This document shows positions 8,917 to 18,382 of a DNA stretch of 36,246 nucleotides, piece after piece. The stretch's first letter is position 1. Each line of letters begins with the position of its first letter. This stretch comes from a virus (lineage: Duplodnaviria; Heunggongvirae; Uroviricota; Caudoviricetes): the IMG/VR virus record IMGVR_UViG_2563366806_000005, one strand, 5' to 3'. The notes beneath the pieces were generated by a model. That model worked only from the letters and a program-made list of their open reading frames with translations. It was not told where the DNA came from and did no database searches. A program made the translations under genes and the position numbers.

Positions 8917-9840
8917 ATGAATAAAAAATTTACCGATGAGCAGCAACAACAGCTTATAGGACATCTCACAAAGAAAGGCTTCTATCGAGGAGCTAATATT
9001 AAAATAACCATTTTTCTATGTGGTGGTGACGTTGCTAATCATCAATCTTGGCGTCATCAATTATCACAATTTTTAGCAAAGTTCAGTGATGTTGATATAT
9101 TTTATCCAGAAGATCTATTTGATGATCTTTTGGCTGGTCAAGGGCAGCATAGCCTTTTAAGTTTAGAAAATATTCTGGCTGAAGCTGTCGATGTAATAAT
9201 TTTATTTCCTGAAAGTCCGGGGTCTTTCACAGAGCTTGGTGCGTTCTCTAATAATGAAAACTTAAGGAGAAAGTTGATTTGCATTCAAGATGCAAAATTT
9301 AAATCAAAACGTAGCTTTATTAACTATGGTCCTGTTCGCCTGTTGCGTAAGTTTAATTCAAAATCTGTTTTGCGTTGTAGTTCAAATGAACTAAAAGAAA
9401 TGTGTGATTCATCTATTGATGTTGCCAGAAAATTACGATTATATAAAAAATTAATGGCATCTATTAAGAAGGTTAGGAAAGAAAATAAAGTATCAAAAGA
9501 TATTGGAAATATATTATACGCAGAGCGGTTTCTATTGCCTTGTATCTATTTACTGGATAGTGTCAACTACCGCACACTGTGTGAACTAGCTTTTAAAGCG
9601 ATAAAGCAAGATGATGTTTTATCTAAAATTATTGTTAGATCCGTTGTTTCTCGTCTAATAAATGAACGAAAAATACTTCAAATGACTGATGGTTATCAGG
9701 TCACTGCTTTGGGGGCTAGCTATGTTAGGAGCGTCTTTGATAGAAAGACACTTGACCGATTGCGGCTTGAGATTATGAATTTTGAAAACCGTAGAAAATC
9801 AACATTTAACTATGATAAGATTCCGTATGCGCACCCTTAG
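8917..9840 (+). CDS. Retron accessory effector, 307 aa (Ec86/Eco1-type; reported as nucleoside deoxyribosyltransferase-like N-glycosidase plus DNA-binding domain)
   Basis: Immediately upstream of msr-msd and RT, same strand, stop codon inside msr repeat a1; AT-rich; function assignment is from recalled literature on Ec86, not from a motif I can verify by eye. Confidence 0.8.
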   Translation: MNKKFTDEQQQQLIGHLTKKGFYRGANIKITIFLCGGDVANHQSWRHQLSQFLAKFSDVDIFYPEDLFDDLLAGQGQHSLLSLENILAEAVDVIILFPESPGSFTELGAFSNNENLRRKLICIQDAKFKSKRSFINYGPVRLLRKFNSKSVLRCSSNELKEMCDSSIDVARKLRLYKKLMASIKKVRKENKVSKDIGNILYAERFLLPCIYLLDSVNYRTLCELAFKAIKQDDVLSKIIVRSVVSRLINERKILQMTDGYQVTALGASYVRSVFDRKTLDRLRLEIMNFENRRKSTFNYDKIPYAHP

Positions 9841-9996
9841 CGAGAGGTTTATCATTAAGGTCAACCTCTGGATGTTGTTTCGGCATCCTGCATTGAATCT
9901 GAGTTACTGTCTGTTTTCCTTGTTGGAACGGAGAGCATCGCCTGATGCTCTCCGAGCCAACCAGGAAACCCGTTTTTTCTGACGTAAGGGTGCGCA
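9828..9996 (+). ncRNA. msr-msd: Retron msr-msd non-coding RNA (template for msDNA), Ec86/Eco1-type
   Basis: Flanked by 12-nt inverted repeats a1 tgcgcaccctta (9828-9839) and a2 taagggtgcgca (9985-9996); internal stem-loops gaggtt..aacctc and ggagagcatc..gatgctctcc; sequence matches the Ec86 ncRNA as I recall it. Confidence 0.9.
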
Positions 9997-10002
9997 ACTT
10001 TC

Positions 10003-10965
10003 ATGAAATCCGCTGAATATTTGAACACTTTTAGATTGAGAAATCTCGGCCTACCTGTCATGAACAATTTGCATGACATGTCTAAGGCGACTCGCATATC
10101 TGTTGAAACACTTCGGTTGTTAATCTATACAGCTGATTTTCGCTATAGGATCTACACTGTAGAAAAGAAAGGCCCAGAGAAGAGAATGAGAACCATTTAC
10201 CAACCTTCTCGAGAACTTAAAGCCTTACAAGGATGGGTTCTACGTAACATTTTAGATAAACTGTCGTCATCTCCTTTTTCTATTGGATTTGAAAAGCACC
10301 AATCTATTTTGAATAATGCTACCCCGCATATTGGGGCAAACTTTATACTGAATATTGATTTGGAGGATTTTTTCCCAAGTTTAACTGCTAACAAAGTTTT
10401 TGGAGTGTTCCATTCTCTTGGTTATAATCGACTAATATCTTCAGTTTTGACAAAAATATGTTGTTATAAAAATCTGCTACCACAAGGTGCTCCATCATCA
10501 CCTAAATTAGCTAATCTAATATGTTCTAAACTTGATTATCGTATTCAGGGTTATGCAGGTAGTCGGGGCTTGATATATACGAGATATGCCGATGATCTCA
10601 CCTTATCTGCACAGTCTATGAAAAAGGTTGTTAAAGCACGTGATTTTTTATTTTCTATAATCCCAAGTGAAGGATTGGTTATTAACTCAAAAAAAACTTG
10701 TATTAGTGGGCCTCGTAGTCAGAGGAAAGTTACAGGTTTAGTTATTTCACAAGAGAAAGTTGGGATAGGTAGAGAAAAATATAAAGAAATTAGAGCAAAG
10801 ATACATCATATATTTTGCGGTAAGTCTTCTGAGATAGAACACGTTAGGGGATGGTTGTCATTTATTTTAAGTGTGGATTCAAAAAGCCATAGAAGATTAA
10901 TAACTTATATTAGCAAATTAGAAAAAAAATATGGAAAGAACCCTTTAAATAAAGCGAAGACCTAA
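10003..10965 (+). CDS. ret: Retron reverse transcriptase, 320 aa
   Basis: Retron-RT motifs NLLPQGAPSSPKLANL and RYADDLTLS (YADD box); starts 7 nt after repeat a2. Confidence 0.95.
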   Translation: MKSAEYLNTFRLRNLGLPVMNNLHDMSKATRISVETLRLLIYTADFRYRIYTVEKKGPEKRMRTIYQPSRELKALQGWVLRNILDKLSSSPFSIGFEKHQSILNNATPHIGANFILNIDLEDFFPSLTANKVFGVFHSLGYNRLISSVLTKICCYKNLLPQGAPSSPKLANLICSKLDYRIQGYAGSRGLIYTRYADDLTLSAQSMKKVVKARDFLFSIIPSEGLVINSKKTCISGPRSQRKVTGLVISQEKVGIGREKYKEIRAKIHHIFCGKSSEIEHVRGWLSFILSVDSKSHRRLITYISKLEKKYGKNPLNKAKT

Positions 10966-10980
10966 TGGTCTTCGTTTTAA
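10956..10980 (+). terminator. Possible terminator hairpin at the RT stop codon
   Basis: gaagacc-taat-ggtcttc perfect 7-bp stem followed by gtttta. Confidence 0.35.
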
Positions 10981-10982
10981 AA

Positions 10983-12011
10983 CTAAAGCTCATAGGTTGA
11001 AAAATTGAGCACTTCTTCGTCCAACCAGTTATTTAGTTCCTGCAATCGTTTCTGCAGGGGCATCAATTCGTTTCTTACGAATACCTTGCTAGCCTTCTCC
11101 ACATCCCCAAACCCCCCGACATTATTAGGCATAATTCCCATCATTTGCGGCGGCACGCGGTGTGCCGCCATCATGTCATCACGGCTCACGTTCTTGATAT
11201 TCAGAAACTCATCCTTCGCTGCGACTTCTGACAACGGGATAATCTGAAGTCCGTCTTTTTTACCATTAGGCGAGTACATAAACAGGTTGCGGAAGTTGCC
11301 AGGGCCTTTGGCACTTTTCATCGCATTGCGGAGGTTGTTCACATCTTCCTGGTTCTGCGCGGCATCGGTCATGTACATGATGAAGCCTGCATGACTACCG
11401 TTAATGTAATACTTTCGGCGGAACAGCGTGGCGGACTCGTTGAGCAGGGCGGATGGGATGGCAGAAAGATAGCCGGGCAGGCCGTAGATCTCCTGGTTGA
11501 TGTCCGGTTCCATCAGATGAAAAATGCTGCCTTTCGTGAACTGATACGGCTGCGTGGTCATGCCGTATTGCACAAACCAGTAGGTATCTAGGTCTAATCC
11601 GCGTCGGGTGTATTTTGCCAGCGCAGGCTCAAGGGCGATAACTTCACCGAATCGGTTCGTGCGTTTCTCCAGGTAGGCGTTACCAAAAACCAGATAGTCC
11701 TGCACAAAACGTGAAAACGCCTGCTGGCTGAGCAGCGGGTGAGGGATGTAGGTGCTGGTCAGAATGTTGCACTTTACTGCAATCGGTGAACTGTGGTGTA
11801 CGGCGGCGCGGAATGTTCGCGCCAGTCCGTCAAAACTTACGGGTGGCTCATACCAGCGGTCCATCTTTACGCATTCCACATAGTCCAGTAATTCGCGGCG
11901 GTCCAGAACAGGAACGGGATCACCGAAGCTGAATGCTTCGGCTGAAGTTTGGTTTTTATGCTGGATCTGGTTCGTCGCCGCAGCGCGGTTTTTCTTACTC
12001 TTTCCCATCAA
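10983..12011 (-). CDS. Q: Portal protein (P2 gpQ)
   Basis: 342 aa, position and orientation as P2 Q, translationally coupled to P. Confidence 0.85.
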   Translation of the reverse strand: MMGKSKKNRAAATNQIQHKNQTSAEAFSFGDPVPVLDRRELLDYVECVKMDRWYEPPVSFDGLARTFRAAVHHSSPIAVKCNILTSTYIPHPLLSQQAFSRFVQDYLVFGNAYLEKRTNRFGEVIALEPALAKYTRRGLDLDTYWFVQYGMTTQPYQFTKGSIFHLMEPDINQEIYGLPGYLSAIPSALLNESATLFRRKYYINGSHAGFIMYMTDAAQNQEDVNNLRNAMKSAKGPGNFRNLFMYSPNGKKDGLQIIPLSEVAAKDEFLNIKNVSRDDMMAAHRVPPQMMGIMPNNVGGFGDVEKASKVFVRNELMPLQKRLQELNNWLDEEVLNFSTYEL

Positions 12012-13774
12012 AAAATCTCCACAATATTGCTGGTATTGGCGGACTCGCCCTGCAGCGGTTCGTTAAACAGTGCGTGCATTGTTGCCCAGGCCAGATCGGC
12101 ATGGCTGGCTTCTTCGCTGCGGCTGGCTTCATAGGTTGGGCGGTTGCCGCTGGCGGTGGTGGCGCGACGGATTGCCATAAATGACTGCGCTATGTCGGTG
12201 TGTCCGGCGTCAAACTCCAGACGACGGTGACTGATAATGTCGTAGGCCTTGAGTACCAGGGCGTTTTTAACGTTGGGGTTGTAGACAAACTCCCGGACGG
12301 CTGGAAAAAACGCTTTCACGTTCTCGTAAACCCCGTGGCCGACACCTGTCGAGTCGATGCCGATGTAGGTCACGTTGTACTGCTCGGTCAGTTTTTTGAT
12401 GGCGTCAGCCTGGGCGCGGAAGTCCATCCCGCGCCACTGGTGACGCTCAAGAATGCGGAACTTACCACCCGGCACGGCTGGCGGTGCCACCACCACGCAT
12501 CCGGCACTGTCGCCGTTCTGCGTACCTTTTGCCGGGTCATAACCGATCCACACTTCGCGCCAGCCAAACGGGCGCAGGGCCAGTGCATGAAAGTCGGTCC
12601 AGACTTCCCAACTGTCCACCATGCACGCTTGCAGCTCGCTGAGCGGGAACACGGACGCGAGATCGTCCACGAACTCGCACATCAGCAGGTTCTGGTATTC
12701 GTCCGGGCTGTACTCCATGCGTAGCTGGTCGAGGTCGAACAGGTTACAGCCGCCGCGCACCGCATCTTCCACGGTGACTATCTGGCGGTATTGCCCGTCT
12801 GTGCACAGCAGGCCGGGGGCCAGATTGCTGTGGGACAGGTCGATGTCCACCTTGTCGGCTTTGTTGCGCCCACGGTTGAACAGCGCACCGGACCAGAACG
12901 GATAAGCACTGTGTGTCAGGCTGGATGGCGTGGAAAAATAGGTTTGTCGCCATTTTTTGTGAATAGCCATACCGGAAGCCACTTTGCGCAGCTCCTGGAA
13001 TTTCGGTATCCAGAAATATTCATCCAGATACAGGTTGCCGTGGTAACTCTGGGCCGTGCGGGCATTGGTGCCGAGGAAGTACAGCGTGGCCCCGTTAGGA
13101 AGCACTATCGGATCGCCTTTCAGCTCCACCTCCACTTCTTTGGCGAAGTCGATGATGTACTGCTTAAAGACGTGGGCCTGTGCCTTGCTGGCGGAAAGGA
13201 AAATCTGGTTACGCCCGGTTAGCAGGGCGTCAATCAGGGCTTCACGGGCAAAATAGAAGGTCGCGCCGATCTGGCGTGACTTCAGCAGGTTGCGGATGCG
13301 GTTGGTTTTTCCGGCTTCCCACCAGTGGCGCTGGTAGTTGAACATGGAGGAATGGAAGATTTCTTCCAGCTTCTCAATCTGTTCATCGGTGAAAACGTTC
13401 TTTTCCGGCTGACGACGCGGGCCTTTGTTGCGGTTGGCGACGTTAGGGTTTAAGTCGGCTTCGTTGCCGCCATTGTTAAACTTGCCGATCCGCGCATGGC
13501 GCTCCGACTGGCGCGCCAGCAGGTCAATCTCTTTGAAATCTTTCCCTTCTTTGTGCTCCTTCATAATGAGCTGGCAGTAGCGTGCGGCGGTGGTGAGCTG
13601 CATCTGATCCAGCGGCCCATAGTCACCCCACTTGTCGCGTTTTTTCCAGCTGTGAACGGTTGCAACTTTCTCGCCCAGCATTTCAGCAATGCGGGCTACG
13701 CGGTATCCCTGAAAGTACAGCAGCATGGCCTGCCGACGGGGATCGAGATCTGCGGGTGTCAGTGTGGTGTTCAT
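12008..13774 (-). CDS. P: Terminase large (ATPase) subunit (P2 gpP)
   Basis: 588 aa, divergent from O-N-M as in P2. Confidence 0.9.
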   Translation of the reverse strand: MNTTLTPADLDPRRQAMLLYFQGYRVARIAEMLGEKVATVHSWKKRDKWGDYGPLDQMQLTTAARYCQLIMKEHKEGKDFKEIDLLARQSERHARIGKFNNGGNEADLNPNVANRNKGPRRQPEKNVFTDEQIEKLEEIFHSSMFNYQRHWWEAGKTNRIRNLLKSRQIGATFYFAREALIDALLTGRNQIFLSASKAQAHVFKQYIIDFAKEVEVELKGDPIVLPNGATLYFLGTNARTAQSYHGNLYLDEYFWIPKFQELRKVASGMAIHKKWRQTYFSTPSSLTHSAYPFWSGALFNRGRNKADKVDIDLSHSNLAPGLLCTDGQYRQIVTVEDAVRGGCNLFDLDQLRMEYSPDEYQNLLMCEFVDDLASVFPLSELQACMVDSWEVWTDFHALALRPFGWREVWIGYDPAKGTQNGDSAGCVVVAPPAVPGGKFRILERHQWRGMDFRAQADAIKKLTEQYNVTYIGIDSTGVGHGVYENVKAFFPAVREFVYNPNVKNALVLKAYDIISHRRLEFDAGHTDIAQSFMAIRRATTASGNRPTYEASRSEEASHADLAWATMHALFNEPLQGESANTSNIVEIF

Positions 13775-13820
13775 GGCACAAACCTACAGCCTTGAATGAA
13801 GGCTTTCCCCGCCTGCGGTT

Positions 13821-13838
13821 TGTGTGGTTGTCGGTACA
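13821..13838. promoter_or_regulatory. Ogr-type late activator site TGT-N12-ACA in the divergent P/O promoter region
   Basis: tgtgtggttgtcggtaca; P2 late promoters carry a TGT-N12-ACA dyad near -55. Confidence 0.5.
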
Positions 13839-13916
13839 AATACCGCGCATTGTTTCACTACCCCCATCACCGCAACCATAAGGCTCCAGTAAGTTTTTTT
13901 TAACGGAGCACGGCTC

Positions 13917-14750
13917 ATGACAGTGAAAGCAAAGCGTTTTCGCATCGGGGTGGAAGGTGCCACCACCGACGGACGCGAAATCCAGCGTGAATGGCTGGAA
14001 CAGATGGCAGCCAGCTACAACCCGGCGGTGTATACCGCGCTGATTAACCTTGAGCACATCAAGTCTTATCTGCCGGACAGCACCTTTAACCGCTACGGCA
14101 AGGTGACGGCGCTGTTTGCTGAGGAAATCACGGAAGGTCCGCTGGCAGGCAAGATGGCGCTGTATGCCGACGTTGAGCCAACGGAGTCCCTGGTGGAACT
14201 GGTGAAAAAAGGCCAGAAATTATTCACCTCTATGGAAGTCAGCCCGAAGTTCGCTGATACGGGCAAAGCCTACCTGGTCGGCCTGGCTGCCACTGATGAC
14301 CCTGCCAGTCTGGGCACTGAAATGCTGACATTCAGCGCCAGTGCAGCCCATAACCCGCTGGCAAACCGCAAGCAGAATCCTGCCAATCTCTTTACCGCTG
14401 CAGAGGAAACGGTGATCGAACTGGAGGAAGTCCAGGACGACAAACCGTCCCTGTTTTCCCGCGTCACGGCGCTGTTCACCAAAAAAGAGCAGTCCGATGA
14501 CGCCCGGTTCTCTGATGTGCATAAGGCCGTGGAGCTGGTCGCCACTGAGCAGCAAAACCTGAGCGCGCGAACCGAAAAATCTCTGTCTGAGCAGGAAGAA
14601 CGCCTGTCTGAACTGGAGTCTGCTCTGCAGAAGCAGCAAACCGCCTTTAATGAACTGGTGAATAAGCTGAGTCATGAAGACAGCCGCCAGGACTACCGCC
14701 AGCGTGCAACAGGCGGTAACGCCCCCGCTGACACTCTGACCAATTGCTGA
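13917..14750 (+). CDS. O: Capsid scaffolding protein (P2 gpO)
   Basis: FRIGVEGATTDGREI N-terminus and ...ATGGNAPADTLTNC C-terminus resemble P2 O. Confidence 0.85.
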   Translation: MTVKAKRFRIGVEGATTDGREIQREWLEQMAASYNPAVYTALINLEHIKSYLPDSTFNRYGKVTALFAEEITEGPLAGKMALYADVEPTESLVELVKKGQKLFTSMEVSPKFADTGKAYLVGLAATDDPASLGTEMLTFSASAAHNPLANRKQNPANLFTAAEETVIELEEVQDDKPSLFSRVTALFTKKEQSDDARFSDVHKAVELVATEQQNLSARTEKSLSEQEERLSELESALQKQQTAFNELVNKLSHEDSRQDYRQRATGGNAPADTLTNC

Positions 14751-14766
14751 TGGAGCACAAAACCCG

Positions 14767-15825
14767 ATGAAGAAGAATACCCGCTTTGCTTTTAACGCTT
14801 ACCTGCAGCAGCTGGCGCGTCTGAACGGTGTGGCAGTTGAAGAACTGTCCAGCAAGTTCACTGTAGAGCCGTCTGTACAGCAGACGCTGGAAGACCAGAT
14901 CCAGCAGTCCGCCGCTTTCCTGACGCTGATTAACGTCACGCCAGTGACTGAGCAGTCTGGTCAGTTGCTGGGGCTGGGTGTTGGCAGCACCATTGCCGGA
15001 ACCACTGACACCACCGCGAAAGAGCGTGAGCCTGTCGATCCGACGCTGATGGTTGATGTGGAATATAAATGCGAGCAGACCAACTTTGACACGGTGCTGA
15101 CCTACGCGAAGCTGGACCTGTGGGCGAAGTTTCAGGATTTCCAGGTGCGCATCCGTGACGCCATCGTGAAACGTCAGGCACTGGACCGCATCATGATCGG
15201 CTTTAACGGCGTGAAGCGTGCGAAAACCTCCAACCGTAGTGAAAACCCGCTGCTGCAGGATGTAAACAAAGGCTGGCTGCAGAAAATCCGTGAGGATGCA
15301 CCGGATCACGTCATGGGCAGCACCACCACGGGCGGTGAAACCACTCCGGGCGCGGTGAAAGTCGGGAAAGGTGGCGAATATGCCAACCTGGACGCCGTAG
15401 TGATGGATGCCGTCAATGAGCTTATCGATGTGGTCTACCAGGACGATGACGATCTGGTGGTGATTTGCGGTCGTGAACTGCTGTCAGACAAGTATTTCCC
15501 GCTGGTCAACAAAGAGCAGGAAAACAGTGAAAAACTGGCTGCCGATATGATCATCAGTCAGAAACGCATGGGTGGCCTGCAGGCCGTGCGTGCGCCGTTC
15601 TTCCCGCCGAATGCGCTGCTGATCACCCGTCTGGATAACCTGTCCATCTACTGGCAGGAAGACACCCGCCGCCGTTCAGTTATCGACAACCCGAAACGTG
15701 ACCGGATTGAAAATTTTGAATCCGTTAACGAAGCCTATGTGGTTGAGGACTACCGCTGCGCCGCACTGGTGGAAAACATCCAGATTGGCGATTTCAGCGC
15801 CGCTGCAGCAGAAGCCGGAGCGTAA
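14767..15825 (+). CDS. N: Major capsid protein (P2 gpN)
   Basis: Close resemblance to P2 N along its length (FNAYL..LNG...KFTVEPSV...). Confidence 0.9.
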   Translation: MKKNTRFAFNAYLQQLARLNGVAVEELSSKFTVEPSVQQTLEDQIQQSAAFLTLINVTPVTEQSGQLLGLGVGSTIAGTTDTTAKEREPVDPTLMVDVEYKCEQTNFDTVLTYAKLDLWAKFQDFQVRIRDAIVKRQALDRIMIGFNGVKRAKTSNRSENPLLQDVNKGWLQKIREDAPDHVMGSTTTGGETTPGAVKVGKGGEYANLDAVVMDAVNELIDVVYQDDDDLVVICGRELLSDKYFPLVNKEQENSEKLAADMIISQKRMGGLQAVRAPFFPPNALLITRLDNLSIYWQEDTRRRSVIDNPKRDRIENFESVNEAYVVEDYRCAALVENIQIGDFSAAAAEAGA

Positions 15826-15828
15826 CCC

Positions 15829-16479
15829 ATGAGCCTGAGTCCCGCACGGCAGCATCGCCTGCGCGTTCAGGCTGAACAGGCCGCCCGCGAGGGCGGCAGC
15901 GTTCGCCACGCGTCGGGCTATGACCTGATGCTGCTGCAACTGGCGGAAGACCGCCGCCGTCTCAAGGGCGTTCAGTCCACGGTGAAAAAAGCGGAAATCA
16001 AGGTGGAGCTGCTGCCGAAATATGCCGCCTGGGCGGAGGGCGTCCTGGCTGCCGGAGGCGCTCAACAGGATGACGTGCTGATGTACGTGATGCTGTGGCG
16101 CATTGATGCCGGAGATTATGCCGGGGCGCTGGAGATCGGGCGTCATGCCCTGCGTCATGGCTGGGTGATGCCGCTGGGTAACCGCAACGTGCAGACCGTG
16201 CTGGCAGAGGAAATGGCAGACGCGGCGCAGAGCGCAATGCTTGCCGCCACCGGCTTTGATGCCGATCTGTTGCTGCAGACGCTGGAGCTGACAGACGGTC
16301 TGGATATGCCGGACCAGTCACGGGCGCGTCTGCATAAAGCGATTGGCGCTGTCCTGAGTGAAAGCAACCCGGCTTCCGCCCTTAATCATCTCAACCATGC
16401 GTTACAGCTCGATCCCCGCTGTGGCGTGAAAAAAGACAAACAGCAGCTGGAGCGCAGACTGCGCAATGACAGCCGCTGA
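15829..16479 (+). CDS. M: Terminase small / endonuclease subunit (P2 gpM)
   Basis: Position after N, 216 aa. Confidence 0.8.
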   Translation: MSLSPARQHRLRVQAEQAAREGGSVRHASGYDLMLLQLAEDRRRLKGVQSTVKKAEIKVELLPKYAAWAEGVLAAGGAQQDDVLMYVMLWRIDAGDYAGALEIGRHALRHGWVMPLGNRNVQTVLAEEMADAAQSAMLAATGFDADLLLQTLELTDGLDMPDQSRARLHKAIGAVLSESNPASALNHLNHALQLDPRCGVKKDKQQLERRLRNDSR

Positions 16480-16574
16480 CAGAACGTGCCCCCGCGCACG
16501 GGCGGCACGGGGTGGCGAAAGGCACTGCCACATCAAAACCCCGTCCACCGCCCTCTATTTCAGGAGAAAGCAGC

Positions 16575-17039
16575 ATGAAGTTTGTTGCGCCAGAACAGGC
16601 ACCGGAACAGGCGGAAATCATCAGGAATACGCCGTTCTGGCCTGATGTGGACCTGTCGGAGTTTCGCAGCGTGATGCGCACTGACGGCACGGTGACGCAG
16701 CCGCGTTTAAAGCAGGTTGCGCTGTCGGCAATTTCGGAGGTCAACGCAGAGCTGTATGAGTTTCGCAGACGCCAGCAGATGCTGGGGTATGCCTCGCTGG
16801 CAGAGGTTCCGGCGGAACAGCTGGACGGCAAAAGTGAGCGCATTCAGCACTATTTCAACGCGGTTTACTGCTGGGCACGCGCCATGCTCAACGAACGATA
16901 CCAGGACTATGACGCCACGGCGTCCGGTGTGAAGCGGGGCGAGGAACTGGCGGAAGCCAGCGGTGATTTGTGGCGTGACGCCCGCTGGGCCATCAGCCGG
17001 GTGCAGGATGCGCCGCACTGCACAGTGGAGCTTATCTGA
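16575..17039 (+). CDS. L: Head completion / stabilisation protein (P2 gpL)
   Basis: Position; ATG 16575 with RBS caggagaaag; track start 16512 lacks an RBS. Confidence 0.8.
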   Translation: MKFVAPEQAPEQAEIIRNTPFWPDVDLSEFRSVMRTDGTVTQPRLKQVALSAISEVNAELYEFRRRQQMLGYASLAEVPAEQLDGKSERIQHYFNAVYCWARAMLNERYQDYDATASGVKRGEELAEASGDLWRDARWAISRVQDAPHCTVELI

Positions 17040-17242
17040 TGAAAGTGCGTGCGCATCAGTATGACACGGTGGACGCGCTTTGCTGGCGTCATTACGGGCG
17101 CACGCAGGGGGTCACGGAGCAGGTACTGAAGGCAAATCCGGGGCTTGCCGAATACGGCCCCTTTTTACCTCACGGGCTGCAGGTGGAGCTGCCGGACATT
17201 CCGACCACCACCACCGTGCAGACCGTCCAGCTATGGGACTGA
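17039..17242 (+). CDS. X: Tail protein X (LysM-like)
   Basis: 67 aa, overlaps L stop (ATGA), as P2 X. Confidence 0.8.
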   Translation: MKVRAHQYDTVDALCWRHYGRTQGVTEQVLKANPGLAEYGPFLPHGLQVELPDIPTTTTVQTVQLWD

Positions 17243-17245
17243 ATT

Positions 17246-17461
17246 ATGACGCTTGAGCGAATCAGCGCCTTTATCACGTATTGCATCGCCGTCGTGCTGG
17301 CCTGGCTGGGCGATTTGTCCATCAAGGATGCCTCAACGCTGGGCGGCCTGATGATTGGTGTACTGATGCTGGCTATCAACTGGTACTACAAACACAAAGC
17401 CTACCAGCTTCTGCGCGACGGGCAGATTTCGCGGGAGGACTATGAATCCATCAATCGTTAA
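17246..17461 (+). CDS. Putative holin, 71 aa
   Basis: Two hydrophobic helices and charged C-terminus, directly upstream of the endolysin. Confidence 0.6.
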   Translation: MTLERISAFITYCIAVVLAWLGDLSIKDASTLGGLMIGVLMLAINWYYKHKAYQLLRDGQISREDYESINR

Positions 17462-17957
17462 ACGCTGCCTTGTCGGGGCCGTGCTGACTATTGCTGCCAC
17501 GCTGCCGGGTTTTCAGCAGCTTCACACCTCCGTGGAGGGGCTGAAACTGATTGCTGATTACGAAGGCTGTCGTCTGCAGCCGTATCAGTGCAGCGCGGGT
17601 GTCTGGACCGACGGCATTGGTAATACGTCGGGCGTCATTCCCGGCAAAACCATTACGGAGCGACAGGCAGCAGAAGGGCTGATCTCCAACGTGCTGCGTG
17701 TGGAGCGGGCGCTGGAAAGGTGTGTGAAGCAACAGCCGCCGCAGAAGGTGTATGACGCTGCGGTGTCGTTTGCCTTCAACGTGGGAACGGGCAATGCCTG
17801 TAGTTCCACACTGGTGAAATTGCTCAATCAGCGGCGCTGGGCAGATGCGTGCCGACAGTTGCCGCGCTGGGTTTATGTAAAAGGTGTGTTTAATCAGGGG
17901 CTGGATAACCGCCGTGCGCGGGAGATGGCCTGGTGCCTTAAAGGAGCTGGACTATGA
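17442..17957 (+). CDS. K: Endolysin (phage lysozyme), possible SAR-type signal-anchor
   Basis: ADYEGCRLQPYQCSAGVWTDGIGNT (Glu-8aa-Asp-5aa-Thr lysozyme triad); hydrophobic N-terminus CLVGAVLTIAATLPG. Confidence 0.85.
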   Translation: MNPSIVKRCLVGAVLTIAATLPGFQQLHTSVEGLKLIADYEGCRLQPYQCSAGVWTDGIGNTSGVIPGKTITERQAAEGLISNVLRVERALERCVKQQPPQKVYDAAVSFAFNVGTGNACSSTLVKLLNQRRWADACRQLPRWVYVKGVFNQGLDNRRAREMAWCLKGAGL

Positions 17958-18382
17958 CGCGTGCGCTGGCAGTAGTGGTGGCGCTGGCACTCGTTGCGCT
18001 GGGCTGGCAGTCGTGGCGGCTTAACAGCGCCAGCCACACCATCGAAACGCAGCGCGCGGCGCTGAAAAGTAAAGCGCAGGAACTGACGAAGAAAAACAGC
18101 CAGCTTATCAGCCTGTCCATTCTGACTGAAACCAATAACCGGGAGCAGGCGCGGCTCTATGCCGAAGCAGAACAGACCAGTGCACTGCTGAGACAACGAC
18201 AACACCGGATCGAGGAACTGAAACGTGAGAACGAGGATTTACGCCGCTGGGCTGATACTCCTTTGCCTGCTGACATTATCCGGCTGCGGGAACGTCCGGC
18301 ACTCACCGGAGGTACAGCTTACCGTCAGTGGTTGTCCGCGAGTGACGCCGTGTCGGCTGGATCAGGCAACGCCGCGCACTAA
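17954..18382 (+). CDS. lysB: Spanin inner-membrane subunit (LysB / Rz-like)
   Basis: N-terminal TM helix, coiled-coil-like charged region; position after the endolysin. Confidence 0.7.
   Translation: MTRALAVVVALALVALGWQSWRLNSASHTIETQRAALKSKAQELTKKNSQLISLSILTETNNREQARLYAEAEQTSALLRQRQHRIEELKRENEDLRRWADTPLPADIIRLRERPALTGGTAYRQWLSASDAVSAGSGNAAH

Noticed and set aside
9782-10097. Short ORFs (9782-9982 plus strand; 9806-9997 and 9861-10097 minus strand) over the retron ncRNA
   Set aside because: They coincide with the structured msr-msd and its a1/a2 repeats; the region is better explained as non-coding RNA
12200-13222. Several plus-strand ORFs (174, 94 and 143 aa) antisense to terminase P
   Set aside because: Antisense to a conserved, clearly coding gene; no start context
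14647-15309. 220-aa minus-strand ORF overlapping capsid gene N
   Set aside because: Antisense to the major capsid gene, which has strong homology support
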